Source: Escherichia coli (GTDB taxonomy: Bacteria; Pseudomonadota; Gammaproteobacteria; Enterobacterales; Enterobacteriaceae). Taken from it: DNA of 64,000 nucleotides. The DNA lies in the NCBI RefSeq assembly GCF_003334305.1, contig NZ_QOWS01000005.1; one strand, written 5' to 3'. The notes beneath the pieces were generated by a model, which saw nothing but the letters and a program-made list of their open reading frames with translations, did not search any database and had not been told where the DNA came from. Below are positions 31,741 to 48,742 of the stretch, piece by piece. Numbering within the stretch: position 1 is the first letter of the stretch; each line of letters begins with the position of its first letter. The translations under genes were made by a program, and so were the position numbers.

Positions 31741-33387
31741 ATGTCAAACAAACCCTTTCATTATCAGGCTCCTTTTCCACTCAAAAAAGATGATACTGAG
31801 TATTACCTGCTAACCAGCGAACACGTTAGCGTATCTGAATTTGAAGGGCAGGAGATTTTGAAAGTCGCACCCGAAGCGTTAACTCTGTTGGCGCGTCAGG
31901 CGTTTCATGATGCGTCGTTTATGCTGCGTCCGGCTCACCAACAACAGGTGGCCGACATTCTGCGTGACCCGGAGGCCAGCGAAAATGATAAATATGTGGC
32001 GCTGCAATTCCTGCGTAACTCCGACATCGCGGCGAAAGGCGTTCTGCCAACCTGTCAGGATACCGGCACTGCGATTATTGTTGGTAAAAAAGGGCAGCGT
32101 GTATGGACCGGTGGCTGTGATGAAGCGGCGCTGGCGCGCGGTGTCTATAACACTTATATCGAAGATAATTTGCGCTACTCGCAAAACGCGCCGCTGGATA
32201 TGTATAAAGAGGTGAATACCGGCACCAATCTGCCAGCGCAGATCGATCTTTATGCCGTTGATGGCGACGAGTACAAATTCCTCTGTATCGCCAAAGGTGG
32301 TGGTTCGGCAAACAAGACGTATCTCTATCAGGAAACCAAAGCGTTACTAACGCCGGGGAAACTGAAAAATTACCTGGTTGAGAAGATGCGCACGCTGGGT
32401 ACGGCGGCCTGTCCTCCGTATCATATTGCGTTCGTAATTGGTGGAACTTCTGCAGAAACTAACCTTAAAACAGTGAAACTGGCTTCCGCTAAATACTATG
32501 ACGAACTGCCAACGGAAGGGAATGAGCACGGTCAGGCATTCCGCGATGTGGAACTGGAAAAAGAATTGCTGATCGAAGCGCAAAATCTCGGTCTGGGTGC
32601 GCAGTTTGGTGGTAAATACTTCGCTCACGACATACGCGTGATTCGCCTGCCACGTCACGGCGCATCCTGTCCGGTTGGTATGGGTGTTTCCTGCTCTGCT
32701 GACCGTAATATCAAAGCGAAGATCAACCGTCAGGGGATCTGGATCGAAAAACTGGAACATAATCCAGGTAAATATATCCCTGAAGAGCTGCGTAAAGCGG
32801 GAGAAGGCGAAGCGGTGCGCGTTGACCTTAACCGTCCGATGAAAGAGATCCTCGCACAGTTGTCGCAGTATCCCGTTTCTACACGCTTATCGCTTAACGG
32901 CACGATTATCGTCGGTCGTGATATTGCTCACGCCAAACTGAAAGAGCGGATGGATAACGGTGAAGGGCTGCCGCAGTACATTAAAGATCATCCGATTTAC
33001 TACGCGGGTCCGGCCAAAACGCCGGAAGGTTATGCCTCCGGTTCTCTTGGCCCAACGACCGCCGGACGGATGGATTCTTATGTCGATCAACTGCAAGCGC
33101 AGGGCGGAAGTATGATCATGCTGGCGAAAGGCAACCGCAGCCAGCAGGTGACGGATGCCTGTAAAAAACACGGCGGCTTCTACCTTGGCAGTATCGGTGG
33201 TCCGGCCGCTGTATTGGCGCAGGGAAGTATTAAGAGCCTGGAATGTGTTGAATATCCGGAACTGGGAATGGAAGCCATCTGGAAAATTGAAGTGGAAGAT
33301 TTCCCGGCGTTTATCCTTGTGGATGATAAAGGAAATGACTTCTTCCAGCAGATACAACTCACACAGTGCACTCGCTGTGTGAAATAA
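31741..33387 (+). CDS. fumA: class I fumarate hydratase (aerobic, Fe-S)
   Basis: 548-aa ORF recognised as FumA. Confidence 0.9.
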   Translation: MSNKPFHYQAPFPLKKDDTEYYLLTSEHVSVSEFEGQEILKVAPEALTLLARQAFHDASFMLRPAHQQQVADILRDPEASENDKYVALQFLRNSDIAAKGVLPTCQDTGTAIIVGKKGQRVWTGGCDEAALARGVYNTYIEDNLRYSQNAPLDMYKEVNTGTNLPAQIDLYAVDGDEYKFLCIAKGGGSANKTYLYQETKALLTPGKLKNYLVEKMRTLGTAACPPYHIAFVIGGTSAETNLKTVKLASAKYYDELPTEGNEHGQAFRDVELEKELLIEAQNLGLGAQFGGKYFAHDIRVIRLPRHGASCPVGMGVSCSADRNIKAKINRQGIWIEKLEHNPGKYIPEELRKAGEGEAVRVDLNRPMKEILAQLSQYPVSTRLSLNGTIIVGRDIAHAKLKERMDNGEGLPQYIKDHPIYYAGPAKTPEGYASGSLGPTTAGRMDSYVDQLQAQGGSMIMLAKGNRSQQVTDACKKHGGFYLGSIGGPAAVLAQGSIKSLECVEYPELGMEAIWKIEVEDFPAFILVDDKGNDFFQQIQLTQCTRCVK

Positions 33388-33392
33388 ACAGA

Positions 33393-33417
33393 GCCGCCCT
33401 TCGGGGCGGTTTTTTTA
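33393..33417 (+). terminator. rho-independent terminator of fumA
   Basis: gccgccc-ttcg-gggcggt followed by ttttttt. Confidence 0.85.
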
Positions 33418-33529
33418 CATGGCACGAAAGACCAAACATTTGTTATCAAATAGTAAATAATAAGTGAGCTAAAAGTTGCTTAACGAAAGCAAAACAGAAA
33501 GAAAAAATTAAACAGGTGAGGAGCAGGCC

Positions 33530-35892
<2,363 letters not shown>

Positions 35893-35934
35893 TTATAGCA
35901 CAGTGGTGGTGACTTGACCATCGTGCGCGTAATG

Positions 35935-37236
35935 TCAGGCAGAGGTAAATTGCGGGATGTTATGCCATAACGGCCAGCTAAACGAGAAGCGGGCACCACC
36001 CAGTTCGCTGGTGTCACAATTAACCGTACCGCCCATTGCCAGTGCTATAGAGTGGACAATTGCCAGCCCCAGCCCGCAGCCGCCGGTTGAGCGATCCCGG
36101 CTGGGATCGAGGCGAACAAAAGGTTCAAAGATATGTTCGCGGTTTTCTGGGGCAATCCCTGGGCCATCATCCTCAACAATTAATGTCGCTCTATTCCCCG
36201 ACAGTAGCAGGCTGGTTTCAACCGTTGAATGGCAGTACCGCAGGGCGTTATTGAGCAAATTATCCAGCACGCGCTCCATTAAGCGCATATCCAACGCCGC
36301 ATAATGGCCTTGCACGAGCGTTTTTATCCGTACCGTTTTATCGGGCGTTACTGCCTGAATATCTGCCAGATGCGTTGACAGCCACAACGGCAGGTCTGGT
36401 TCGCTAAGATGAAGCTCGTTTTGTGGGCGATCGAGTCGGGCATAAGTCAGCAGCTCTTCAATTAAAGCTTCAAGTTGACTGATATCACGATTCAACGCCT
36501 GGGATTCGGCGGCGCTCAGGTTATCGCTCATCTCCAGTCGATAACGCAGGCGCACTAACGGTGTTCGCAGTTCGTGAGCGATACCGTCAATAAGCTGTTT
36601 TTTGCTGGCAATCAAGGCGTTGATATTGTCCGCCATCTGGTTAAATGCGATACCAAGTCGTTCAAAGCTCGAACCCTCATCAAAGTGGATACGCTCATTG
36701 AGATGCCCATCGCCAAATCGTTGCGCCGCTGCTTCCAGTTTTAACATATCCTGCCAGTGCGGACGCATCCAGATAAACACCGGAAAGGCGAGGGAAATAG
36801 CAATAAAAGCGATCAGGGCGATATCCAGCAATCGCATCTGATGGAGATAATAAAGATAAGGAACAGGACCAACTGCCAGCACGTAGTGGCTGCGCGGGAT
36901 ACGCTGCAAAAACGTGTACTGATCGTCCAGGGCGACAATTTCGCCGCCACGCAGTCGGTGCATGGAAATATCATCAAGATGGTATTTACTCAGTGGCTCG
37001 ACACGCAGATCGAAAGAGAGATTTAAATCCATCTCTTTCAGCGTCTTACCCCAGTCGTGTGGGGGGATCTCACGCAATTCGCTGCGCATCAGATACAGCG
37101 AACTGTTCATCAAATCATCCAGCGACTGTTTGCCCGCGCGTTCGGCGGTAAATTTGTACACCAACCCAACCAGCAGAGACATCACAAGGAAGCAGACAAA
37201 CAATAACAGGTAAAACTGGATAAACAGTTTTTTCAT
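35935..37236 (-). CDS. rstB: two-component sensor histidine kinase RstB
   Basis: 433-aa ORF with TM, HAMP, H-box (HELRTP) and ATPase motifs. Confidence 0.9.
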   Translation of the reverse strand: MKKLFIQFYLLLFVCFLVMSLLVGLVYKFTAERAGKQSLDDLMNSSLYLMRSELREIPPHDWGKTLKEMDLNLSFDLRVEPLSKYHLDDISMHRLRGGEIVALDDQYTFLQRIPRSHYVLAVGPVPYLYYLHQMRLLDIALIAFIAISLAFPVFIWMRPHWQDMLKLEAAAQRFGDGHLNERIHFDEGSSFERLGIAFNQMADNINALIASKKQLIDGIAHELRTPLVRLRYRLEMSDNLSAAESQALNRDISQLEALIEELLTYARLDRPQNELHLSEPDLPLWLSTHLADIQAVTPDKTVRIKTLVQGHYAALDMRLMERVLDNLLNNALRYCHSTVETSLLLSGNRATLIVEDDGPGIAPENREHIFEPFVRLDPSRDRSTGGCGLGLAIVHSIALAMGGTVNCDTSELGGARFSFSWPLWHNIPQFTSA

Positions 37237-37239
37237 CGC

Positions 37240-37959
37240 TTATTCCCATGCATGAGGCGCAAAAAGATAGCCTTTGTTACGCACAGTTTTAATGCGATAA
37301 GGTTCTGCGGCGTTATCGAGCAGTTTTTTTCTTAACCGCGAAATAGCCACGTCCACGCTACGATCCAGTCCGTCATAACTGACGCCGCGTAAATTTTTCA
37401 GCAATGCATCGCGGTCCATGATTTGCCCGGCATGGGTAGCTAATTCCCACAATAATTCGAAATCAGCTGTCGAGAGCGAGATTTCAGTGTTAGCCAGGGT
37501 GACTACGCGGTTGATGGGATCGATGGTCAACGTGCCGAAATGCAGGGCTTTGTAGGGAGTCAGAGACGTTTCCTGAAGACCTTTGGTCAGTGTGGCTTGC
37601 TCATTCTGACGCAAATGCAAACGTAAACGCGCTAGCAAAACAGCAGGGGGCGTCGTTTTGAGAATATAGTCGCAGGCACCCATTTCCAGTGCCAGGATGT
37701 GGTTCATATCGCTATCGAGAGAGGTTAGAAGAACAATCGGTCCAGACCACTTTGCGCGTAAATCACGACAAATGGTCATGCCGTCCTTGCCTGGTAGCAT
37801 GATGTCGAGTAACACCAAATCCGGACTTTCTCGCAAAATGGTTTCTTCGGCCTGGTCGCCGCGCGGTTCTACGGTAACCTGCATATCATGTTTTGCCAGG
37901 TACGCGGCAATCAGTGAACCGACTTCCGCATCATCTTCCACAAATACGATAGTGTTCAT
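37240..37959 (-). CDS. rstA: OmpR-family response regulator RstA
   Basis: 239 aa from MNTIVFVEDD; track ORF extends 20 codons upstream. Confidence 0.9.
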   Translation of the reverse strand: MNTIVFVEDDAEVGSLIAAYLAKHDMQVTVEPRGDQAEETILRESPDLVLLDIMLPGKDGMTICRDLRAKWSGPIVLLTSLDSDMNHILALEMGACDYILKTTPPAVLLARLRLHLRQNEQATLTKGLQETSLTPYKALHFGTLTIDPINRVVTLANTEISLSTADFELLWELATHAGQIMDRDALLKNLRGVSYDGLDRSVDVAISRLRKKLLDNAAEPYRIKTVRNKGYLFAPHAWE

Positions 37960-38087
37960 AACATTCACGGTAGATATAAAAACGTCACAATACACCGCGC
38001 TGTTTTTACTTACTATCAATCGTTTCTAAACAAGTTTTCATCAGGTATTCTACTGATGACTTGTTATGGAAGTGTTAAGGTAAAAAG

Positions 38088-38423
38088 ATGGGGCTGGTAA
38101 TCAAAGCCGCGCTCGGTGCGCTGGTAGTGCTGTTGATTGGTGTTTTAGCAAAAACGAAAAATTATTATATCGCCGGGCTGATTCCACTTTTCCCGACCTT
38201 TGCGCTTATCGCGCATTATATTGTTGCCAGCGAACGCGGCATTGAAGCCTTACGCGCAACCATCATTTTTAGTATGTGGTCGATTATTCCCTATTTTGTT
38301 TACCTGGTGTCGCTGTGGTATTTCACCGGAATGATGCGCTTGCCCGCCGCTTTTGTTGGTTCTGTTGCGTGTTGGGGGATAAGCGCATGGGTGTTGATTA
38401 TATGCTGGATAAAGCTGCATTAA
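38088..38423 (+). CDS. ydgC: GlpM-family inner membrane protein YdgC
   Basis: 111-aa hydrophobic ORF recognised as YdgC. Confidence 0.85.
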   Translation: MGLVIKAALGALVVLLIGVLAKTKNYYIAGLIPLFPTFALIAHYIVASERGIEALRATIIFSMWSIIPYFVYLVSLWYFTGMMRLPAAFVGSVACWGISAWVLIICWIKLH

Positions 38424-39142
38424 CGCAGATGACGACCGCCATCAAGTGGGAAACTGCGTCCGGTGACAAAGCAGCTGGTAAGTAAGTAATCGACCAGGTC
38501 GATCACTTCTTTCTCGCCAGGCGCGGTTTTCATCAGTGATTTATTCAGCGCCTGTTGTCGATATTCGGCATCATCATGTTCATTAAACAGGATCAGCGAT
38601 GGCGCAATAGAATTCACTTTCACTTCCGGTGCCAGCTTGCGGGCAAACGAGCGGGTCATATTATCCAGTGCCGCTTTGCTTGCAGCATACGCAACATGTT
38701 TGTCGCTACCGCGCTCCACCACATAATCGGTAAAGTGAATGATATCGCTGGCGGCGTGTCCGTGCCCACGCAGTAATCTTTCCAGCGCATGGTTGAGCAG
38801 GTATGGGGTATTAACGTGGATCTGCATCATGCAAGCCAGTACGTCGGCCAGTGGTGTACCTGGTTTTTCCGCCATCCACGCACTGGCGTTATGCAAAATA
38901 GCACGCAGACCATGGGTGCTTTTTAGTACTTCATCGGCAAACGCCATCACACCGTCGTTGGTCGAAAAATCAGCCTGAATACACTGCGCACCTGCCTTAA
39001 TCAGTCCATCAATGGCTGGATAGTGCGTCCGATAGCTGACAATCACCGGTTGCTTTTGATTAATGAAATGCCAGGCGAGGGCGAGGCCGATGCGACGACC
39101 TCCGCCAGTAATTAATATTGGCAAGGGCTGGGCTTTACCCAT
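38420..39142 (-). CDS. folM: dihydromonapterin reductase / alternative dihydrofolate reductase (SDR)
   Basis: 240-aa ORF, ITGGGRRIG Rossmann motif; stop overlaps ydgC stop. Confidence 0.9.
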   Translation of the reverse strand: MGKAQPLPILITGGGRRIGLALAWHFINQKQPVIVSYRTHYPAIDGLIKAGAQCIQADFSTNDGVMAFADEVLKSTHGLRAILHNASAWMAEKPGTPLADVLACMMQIHVNTPYLLNHALERLLRGHGHAASDIIHFTDYVVERGSDKHVAYAASKAALDNMTRSFARKLAPEVKVNSIAPSLILFNEHDDAEYRQQALNKSLMKTAPGEKEVIDLVDYLLTSCFVTGRSFPLDGGRHLR

Positions 39143-39178
39143 CGTTATCTCCTTTGCTATCCAACGATGGGATGAACG

Positions 39179-40561
39179 TTATCCCACCAGCATCCAGGTC
39201 GCCGGAACTGAGGCAATTAACAGCATGCCAATCAGCACCATTTCCTGACGGTTCAGTACATTATCATGTGTATGCGTTTTGCGCGCATACAGGAAAACCA
39301 GCAGCCCCGGCGCATACAGAACAACGGATAACAGCAAGTGCATTGGACCAGAGGCATACAATAACCATAAGCCATAAATGCAGGCACCGACACCTACCGC
39401 TTTATGCAGTGGACGGGTTGCGATTTTCAGCAAGAACGCGCCGACCAGGAAATAGGGCACCAGAATCATTTCTGAGGCGATGGTCAGCAACGTGTTGTAA
39501 TCGGAACCGGTCAGCCAGATGAGTACCAGACAAATTTGCACGCAGATGTTGGTCAACCACAGCGAGGCGGATGGCGCAGCTTGTGCGTTCTGGCGCGCAA
39601 AAATGCGTGGGAATGCTTTATGAGTGGCAGCCAGGAACGGAACTTCTGCCGCCATGATGGTCCAGCTTAAGTACGCGCCGCAAACGGAAACGATCAAACC
39701 GGCAGCGATGATGATTTCGCCCCATGGTCCCATCATTTCCACCATCAGACCGGCCATTGACGGGTTACGAATTTCAGCCAGTTCAGGACGTGCCACCACG
39801 CCCAGCGAAAGCAGCGTTACCAGCAAGTAAACGCCCAGAGCGGAGAGAACCGCCAGCAGTGTCGCTTTGCCAACATCACGTTTATTACGCGCACGCGCAG
39901 AAACAACCACGGCACCTTCCACACCAATGAAAACCCACAGGGTGATCAGCATGGTGTTTTTCACCTGTTCCCACACGGGTACGCCAAGTGCAAGTCCGGT
40001 GAAGTCGAGCTTGAAGGTATCCAGTTTGAACATCATCATCGCCAGCACAACAAACAGACCCAGCGGCAACAATTTTGCCAGTGTCGCCACCAGGTTAATG
40101 CTGGCAGCGGTTTGCACCCCGCGCAGGATCAAAAAGTGAACAATCCACAATAAAGCCGATGCACCGACTATCGATTGCCAGGTATTACCATCGCCGAACA
40201 GGCGCAATTCCGGCGTGTCCGTAAAAAAGCTTAACGCGGAAAAAACGATCACCAGATAGGAGACGTTGGCGATGACTGCGCACAGCCAGTATCCCCATGC
40301 GGAACAAAAGCCGATTAGCTCGCCAAACCCTTCGCGGGCATAGGTAAAGATACCGCCGTCAAGTTCGGGACGAATGCGCGTGAGGATCAGCATGGCAAAG
40401 GCCAGCAATAAAATGCCAGCGCCAGTAATACCCCAGCCGATGAGCAGTGCTGCCGGGCTGGCAACTGCCGCCATATTTTGCGGCAGACTGAAAACACCCG
40501 CGCCCAGCATTGAGCTTAATACCAGCGCGGTGAGTGCGCTCAGTCCCAGTTTCTTTTCCAT
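39179..40561 (-). CDS. ydgI: APC-family putative arginine:ornithine antiporter
   Basis: 460-aa polytopic membrane ORF recognised as YdgI. Confidence 0.85.
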   Translation of the reverse strand: MEKKLGLSALTALVLSSMLGAGVFSLPQNMAAVASPAALLIGWGITGAGILLLAFAMLILTRIRPELDGGIFTYAREGFGELIGFCSAWGYWLCAVIANVSYLVIVFSALSFFTDTPELRLFGDGNTWQSIVGASALLWIVHFLILRGVQTAASINLVATLAKLLPLGLFVVLAMMMFKLDTFKLDFTGLALGVPVWEQVKNTMLITLWVFIGVEGAVVVSARARNKRDVGKATLLAVLSALGVYLLVTLLSLGVVARPELAEIRNPSMAGLMVEMMGPWGEIIIAAGLIVSVCGAYLSWTIMAAEVPFLAATHKAFPRIFARQNAQAAPSASLWLTNICVQICLVLIWLTGSDYNTLLTIASEMILVPYFLVGAFLLKIATRPLHKAVGVGACIYGLWLLYASGPMHLLLSVVLYAPGLLVFLYARKTHTHDNVLNRQEMVLIGMLLIASVPATWMLVG

Positions 40562-40746
40562 CGATATCCAGTGATTAAAACGTGATAAGAAGAATAAATA
40601 TTAGGGCAAAACGCATAAAAATGGAGTTTGCCACTGAAGCGCGGGATTTTACGAAGAGATGTGTCTGCATGCAATGGTCGCGGGGAAATTTGTGACTAAA
40701 AATGCGAAAGGCGGCATCAAGCCGCCTTATAGGAGTAACCGAATAG

Positions 40747-41691
40747 TTATTTATACAGATCTGCGCTGACGGTCAGGTTATTACCACGTTCCTGCCACTG
40801 GCGGGTGATGTGGTAATACTTAGCACCTTTCTTCGCGGCACGTTTCGCAACCTGATAGGAGACTTCGGTCATGTTGCCGTAGTTGCCAGAGAATTTGATG
40901 CTGTCGAACGGGACCATCATCGCTGCTGTCGCTTTGTTCAGTTCTTCGACTTTAGTGCCATCCGGGAGCGTGACAGTGTAACGTCCGCCTTTTGATGACT
41001 GGGTTTCAAAGAAACGACCGACTTCAGAACTTGGTGATGCGGTAGTCGCAACACCTGGGATCTCAACTTTCTTCGCGGCTTCGCCACCGGCAGCCAGAGC
41101 TGCACGTCCTGCTTCGGAATCTGCCGGGATCACATCCGGGCTCTGGACGATACGTTTCTTAGCATCTTTTTTATAGATGAATGCAGTAATACGCTGGTTG
41201 CCGCCCTGGTTGGCATCGATTTGACGAACAATGTAGAAAGAGTAGGCACCTTTCGCTTTTGCTGCTTTGGTGATGGCATCATTGACTTCTGGCTGGCTAC
41301 GATAGAAGCCCTGGACGGTGACCGTGTCAAACGGTTCAATCAGAACAGCCTGATCTTTCGGCAGTTCGACAACACCGTTAATTACGCGATTACTTGTTTC
41401 TTCTGCTTTTTCAGCATCGGCTTTATAGAGGTCAGCGACCACACGCCAGTTACCGCTGTTACCAAAATCAGAAGTGTCGACAACATAAAAAGAGGCGGCA
41501 CCTTCTTTATCTGCGCGACGAGAAACGGCTTTCACCGCTTCGCCAATAGCATTAAAACGACCGGTAACCACTACACGGTCAAAAGGTTTAACCGCTGCCG
41601 CTTGCTCCGGTGTCAGTTCTGTTGCTGCGTTAACGGAGAATGCCGTAGCAGAAAGCAGTGCCGACGCCAGGAGGGTGTTCTTAAGCTTCAT
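40747..41691 (-). CDS. ydgH: DUF1471 (YdgH/BhsA/McbA-like) periplasmic protein, three internal repeats
   Basis: 314-aa ORF with signal peptide and three similar domains. Confidence 0.85.
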   Translation of the reverse strand: MKLKNTLLASALLSATAFSVNAATELTPEQAAAVKPFDRVVVTGRFNAIGEAVKAVSRRADKEGAASFYVVDTSDFGNSGNWRVVADLYKADAEKAEETSNRVINGVVELPKDQAVLIEPFDTVTVQGFYRSQPEVNDAITKAAKAKGAYSFYIVRQIDANQGGNQRITAFIYKKDAKKRIVQSPDVIPADSEAGRAALAAGGEAAKKVEIPGVATTASPSSEVGRFFETQSSKGGRYTVTLPDGTKVEELNKATAAMMVPFDSIKFSGNYGNMTEVSYQVAKRAAKKGAKYYHITRQWQERGNNLTVSADLYK

Positions 41692-42151
41692 AAAAATAAT
41701 CCTTCGCCTTGCGCAAACCAGGTACTGGTATTGTTATTAACGAGAAACGTGGCTGATTATTGCATTTAAACGGTGTAACTGTCTGCGTCATTTTTCATAT
41801 CACATTCCTTAAGCCAATTTTAATCCTGCTCAAATGACCGTCTATGCTTAAAAAACAGCCGTATCAGCATCATTACTACTGAAGCAACTGAATTGTATAA
41901 GTTAATTTAATGTTAAGTAGTGATTCGTGCCGGGGCGATGTCTCGTTTTACCCGACCGTCGAAGACAATTATCAGTCTTTATCCGGCGTTCTAAGGTGTT
42001 TATCCCACTATCACGGCTGAATCGTTAATATTTTGCGAGTTCACGCCGAAATACTGATTTTTGGCGCTAGATCACAGGCATAATTTTCAGTACGTTATAG
42101 GGCGTTTGTTACTAATTTATTTTAACGGAGTAACATTTAGCTCGTACATGA

Positions 42152-43747
<1,596 letters not shown>

Positions 43748-43754
43748 GGGGTAA

Positions 43755-45146
<1,392 letters not shown>

Positions 45147-45150
45147 CCCT

Positions 45151-45172
45151 GACGGCCTCTGCGGAGGCCGTC
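45151..45172. terminator. hairpin between convergent pntB and tqsA
   Basis: gacggcctc-tgcg-gaggccgtc; overlaps the tqsA stop codon; no clear U-run. Confidence 0.5.
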
Positions 45173-46205
45173 ACTCTTTATTGAGATCGCTTAACAGAAC
45201 GGCGATGCTTTGACCTCCCGCTGTTTGTTCAAGCGCAATTTTGACAATAATTGTTAACGGCACGGAAAGCAGCATACCCACCGGTCCTAACAACCATCCC
45301 CAAAAAATCAACGACAAAAATACCACCAATGTGGAAAGCCCCAGCCCACGTCCCATGATGCGCGGCTCCAGAATATTGCCGAAGACCAGATTAATCAGCA
45401 GATATCCCGCCAGCACCAGCAACGCTTCGTAGAAGCCATTAAACACCAGTACCTGAGCGATAGGGGGGATTGCCGCGAGAACTGAACCAATATTAGGGAT
45501 GTAATTAAGCGCAAAGGCCAGCAATCCCCAGACAAAAGCGAAGCGAACATCGAGTGCGGCGAGCATCGCCCAGGCGACCAGGCCGGTGATGATGCTGATG
45601 GCTGTTTTTAGCACCAGATAATGAGAAACACTGTCAATTGCACGTTGAATCGCCGCCATCCCTTCAACCGGACGCGCCATCATTTGCTGAAATTTTCCGG
45701 GCAATTGTGGCACTTCGAGCAGCATAAACAGCACCGTCAGCAGCAATAAAAATATTGATGACATGGCATTAGATAACTGCGTCAATAAGTTGGTGAGCAA
45801 CGTCATCGCCGCGTTCGGATCAATGTAATGCGCCAGCTGGTCAACTGAGACGTCAATCCCTACGCGTTGCAACAACGGCTCAAGAGCTTGCAGCGGCGTC
45901 ATAATAGAGTTGCGATATTGCGGTAACGTCCGCGTCAACTCGTTGAGCGCGGAACCCAGATAAGCTAATAGCAACACCATCGCCATCACGATGATGGTCA
46001 TCAAAATCGACACCGCCAGTACACGCGGCACTCGCCAGCGGACCATGTGTTGCACCAGCGGGTTAAGAATAACAGCAATAAATAATGCGAGAATAAACGG
46101 CACGATGATCTCGGCGGCAAAACGGATACCGCAGAGAATAATGACCAGCATTCCCAACATAATGACGATTTTTAGGCCATTGAGCGTGATGATCGGCTTT
46201 GCCAT
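45171..46205 (-). CDS. tqsA: AI-2 exporter TqsA (YdgG)
   Basis: 344-aa membrane ORF recognised as TqsA. Confidence 0.85.
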
Positions 46206-46616
46206 GCTTGTCCCCGTTTTTTCTTCCTTTGCTAATAATAATGTCTTTTTCGCTCCGTCATCATAACGAAAATCAAACCGCTCAGGTAAAGAAGTGAAAA
46301 TATTTTGAGTTAATTCTTAAGCTATGATACAAATCAGGCGTGTTCAACTACCGAGGACAATTATCATCCGCGATGACGAGAAGCAACACTGCGGATAATT
46401 GTAATATTATGGACAATTTGTTCAGGACGTTATTTTCAACATTTACCCATCTTCGTACCTCATCCACTATCTTGCTCGTAGGTGAGCAGCACTGGCGCAA
46501 CGCGCTTTAGTCCTTTCTTCTGCCTAAGCTTGCCCTATGCGCGGGGCTTGACCACTTTACTTTGGTTTCGCTGAATTAAGCGAAAATTAAAATAATTCTC
46601 TTGCAGGAGAAGGACA

Positions 46617-46982
46617 ATGTATATTTATTGGATTTTATTAGGCCTGGCTATTGCTACAGAAATTACCGGTACGCTGTCAATGAAATGGGCGAGCGTCAGT
46701 GAGGGAAATGGCGGCTTTATTTTAATGCTGGTGATGATTTCTCTGTCGTATATATTTCTCTCTTTCGCCGTTAAAAAGATCGCCTTAGGCGTAGCTTATG
46801 CGCTGTGGGAAGGTATCGGTATTTTATTTATTACCTTGTTTAGCGTTTTGTTATTCGACGAAAGTTTATCGCTGATGAAAATTGCCGGGTTAACCACCCT
46901 GGTCGCCGGGATTGTGTTGATCAAATCAGGTACCCGTAAAGCGCGTAAACCTGAACTGGAGGTGAACCATGGCGCAGTTTGA
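46617..46982 (+). CDS. mdtJ: SMR-family spermidine exporter subunit MdtJ
   Basis: 121-aa ORF with four TM helices; good SD (GGAGAAGGA). Confidence 0.9.
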
Positions 46983-47298
46983 ATGGGTTCACGCCGCCTG
47001 GCTGGCATTGGCAATCGTGCTGGAAATCGTTGCTAACGTCTTTTTGAAATTTTCTGACGGCTTTCGTCGCAAAATATTTGGCTTGCTCTCCCTGGCGGCG
47101 GTGCTGGCTGCCTTTAGTGCGCTTTCTCAGGCCGTAAAAGGGATCGACTTGTCTGTCGCTTATGCATTGTGGGGCGGGTTTGGTATTGCCGCCACGTTAG
47201 CCGCAGGTTGGATCTTGTTTGGTCAACGGTTAAATCGTAAAGGCTGGATTGGCCTGGTCTTGCTGTTGGCTGGAATGATCATGGTGAAACTTGCCTGA
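46969..47298 (+). CDS. mdtI: SMR-family spermidine exporter subunit MdtI
   Basis: 109-aa ORF; 14-nt overlap with mdtJ. Confidence 0.9.
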
Positions 47299-47303
47299 TG
47301 AAC

Positions 47304-47330
47304 ACGCTGCCCGCACTGTCGGGCAGCGTT
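47304..47330. terminator. hairpin between convergent mdtI and ydgD
   Basis: acgctgcccg-cactgt-cgggcagcgt. Confidence 0.6.
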
Positions 47331-47336
47331 TGAACA

Positions 47337-48158
47337 TTATTTTTGCGACAGTTGATCCAGCTTGTCGCGAAAACCGGTAACAGAAATGGCCCGGTTATCG
47401 GCGCGCCAGCGATCTTTCGCGGCAGGAGCCGAACTTTGCACCCCAATTAATTGCCAGCCGTCATCGGTATGCAACATCAGAGGCGAACCGCTGTCACCCG
47501 GCAAGGTATCGCACTGATGTGACATCACCGACGTTTGCGCCCAGCCAGTCACTTCACAGTTTTGATGACTGTATAACGTATCGAGATGATCTTCAGGATA
47601 TCCCGCCTGAGTCACTTTACGACCAGCCGATTTTAATGCGGCAGTAAGCGCGGCTTTATCTCCCTCAAATAACGGCAACGGTGTAATGCCAGAAGGGGGA
47701 TTACGCAGCACAATCAAGCCGAAGTCCCATGGTGCAGCTGCGGGAGGAACAATCCAACCATCCCCATCTGCTTTTAACCGCTTTCCCAGTGTCGGATCAA
47801 CGCGGCCTTCTATGTCGTGGATGTCATAGCGCCAAAGACCTTTATTTGACACAAAACGCAGCGCTACCGCCTTATCCGCTTTACCCTTAGGCGGCGTCAA
47901 TAAACAGTGTCCTGCCGTTAATGCCAGATTGGGTGCAATCAGCGTCGCCGTACATAAATTGCCGCTGGCCGTTTCCAGTTGCCCAACCGCATCCCACGGT
48001 GATTGGGTCGTGTCATTCACTGGCACACGATCATCATGACCAAAAAACAGGGTGCTGACCTCATCGTTTGCCGATTTGGCAACGTCTGGTTTATCTGCAA
48101 ACACAAAAGCAGACGTCAAACTAATTGCACCCAACACTACAGCAATGGTTGTACGCAT
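47337..48158 (-). CDS. ydgD: secreted trypsin-like serine peptidase YdgD
   Basis: 273-aa ORF with signal peptide, TAGHC and GDSGSP catalytic motifs. Confidence 0.85.
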   Translation of the reverse strand: MRTTIAVVLGAISLTSAFVFADKPDVAKSANDEVSTLFFGHDDRVPVNDTTQSPWDAVGQLETASGNLCTATLIAPNLALTAGHCLLTPPKGKADKAVALRFVSNKGLWRYDIHDIEGRVDPTLGKRLKADGDGWIVPPAAAPWDFGLIVLRNPPSGITPLPLFEGDKAALTAALKSAGRKVTQAGYPEDHLDTLYSHQNCEVTGWAQTSVMSHQCDTLPGDSGSPLMLHTDDGWQLIGVQSSAPAAKDRWRADNRAISVTGFRDKLDQLSQK

Positions 48159-48257
48159 ATCACACTCTGGTGGGTAATTATGATTATTAAAAGCAAACCC
48201 TCATAAATACTATAGACGGGACGGGATGAAAGTGGGAGTAAAATCAGATAACTACAG

Positions 48258-48341
48258 TCAGGAAAGATAAAAACGGGCGGCAATCAGTGCGCATAAAATA
48301 AGGATGATAAGAATGAACTCAAAGCGATAACGGCCCACCAT
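48258..48341 (-). CDS. ydgU: 27-aa hydrophobic small protein
   Basis: ATG 7 nt after a GGAGGG SD; encodes MVGRYRFEFILIILILCALIAARFYLS, matching my recollection of YdgU. Confidence 0.6.
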   Translation of the reverse strand: MVGRYRFEFILIILILCALIAARFYLS

Positions 48342-48433
48342 ACTACCCTCCGCTAAAGGCGGTGCTAAACGTTACCCGCTTAGCACCGTAATTTTCAGGC
48401 GCGAGGGGGCGCGCCAGCATTACTGTTGAAAAC

Positions 48434-48742
48434 TTACGCTGCGGGTTGTGCAGCAGGTTTTGCCGGTTGCTGATGGCTGTGTTTCCCGGCGTGTTTCTTC
48501 GCTGCCTGCGCTTTTTGTTCAGGGGCTTTCTGTTCAGCTTTCGTATTTTTATGATGCTTTTTAGCCGCCTGCGCTTTCTGGGCAGGTGCTGCTTTATGCT
48601 GTTTTTTATGATGTGTCGTTTTCGCCGGCGCTGCTTTGGTGGTCGTCGCAGTCGGAGCAGGTGTGGTCGCAGTCTCTGCAGCAAAGGCGGCAGAAGACAG
48701 ACCCATAGCAGCGGCAACAACCAGAGCTAATACTTTTTTCAT
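48434..48742 (-). CDS. asr: acid shock protein Asr (low-complexity periplasmic protein)
   Basis: 102 aa from [14 protein letters not shown]; A/K/Q/H-rich repeats; track ORF has a 9-codon upstream extension. Confidence 0.85.
   Translation of the reverse strand: MKKVLALVVAAAMGLSSAAFAAETATTPAPTATTTKAAPAKTTHHKKQHKAAPAQKAQAAKKHHKNTKAEQKAPEQKAQAAKKHAGKHSHQQPAKPAAQPAA

Noticed and set aside
38020-38087. Possible PhoP box (TGTTTA direct repeat) upstream of rstA, and similarly upstream of slyB (514-786)
   Set aside because: Only a partial half-site match (TGTTTAgaaacGATTGA) was seen by eye; too weak to call without a matrix scan.
48181-48225. 14-codon plus-strand ORF (MKVGVKSDNYSQER) between ydgD and ydgU
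   Set aside because: Too short, hydrophilic and without a convincing SD; more likely part of the ydgD promoter region.
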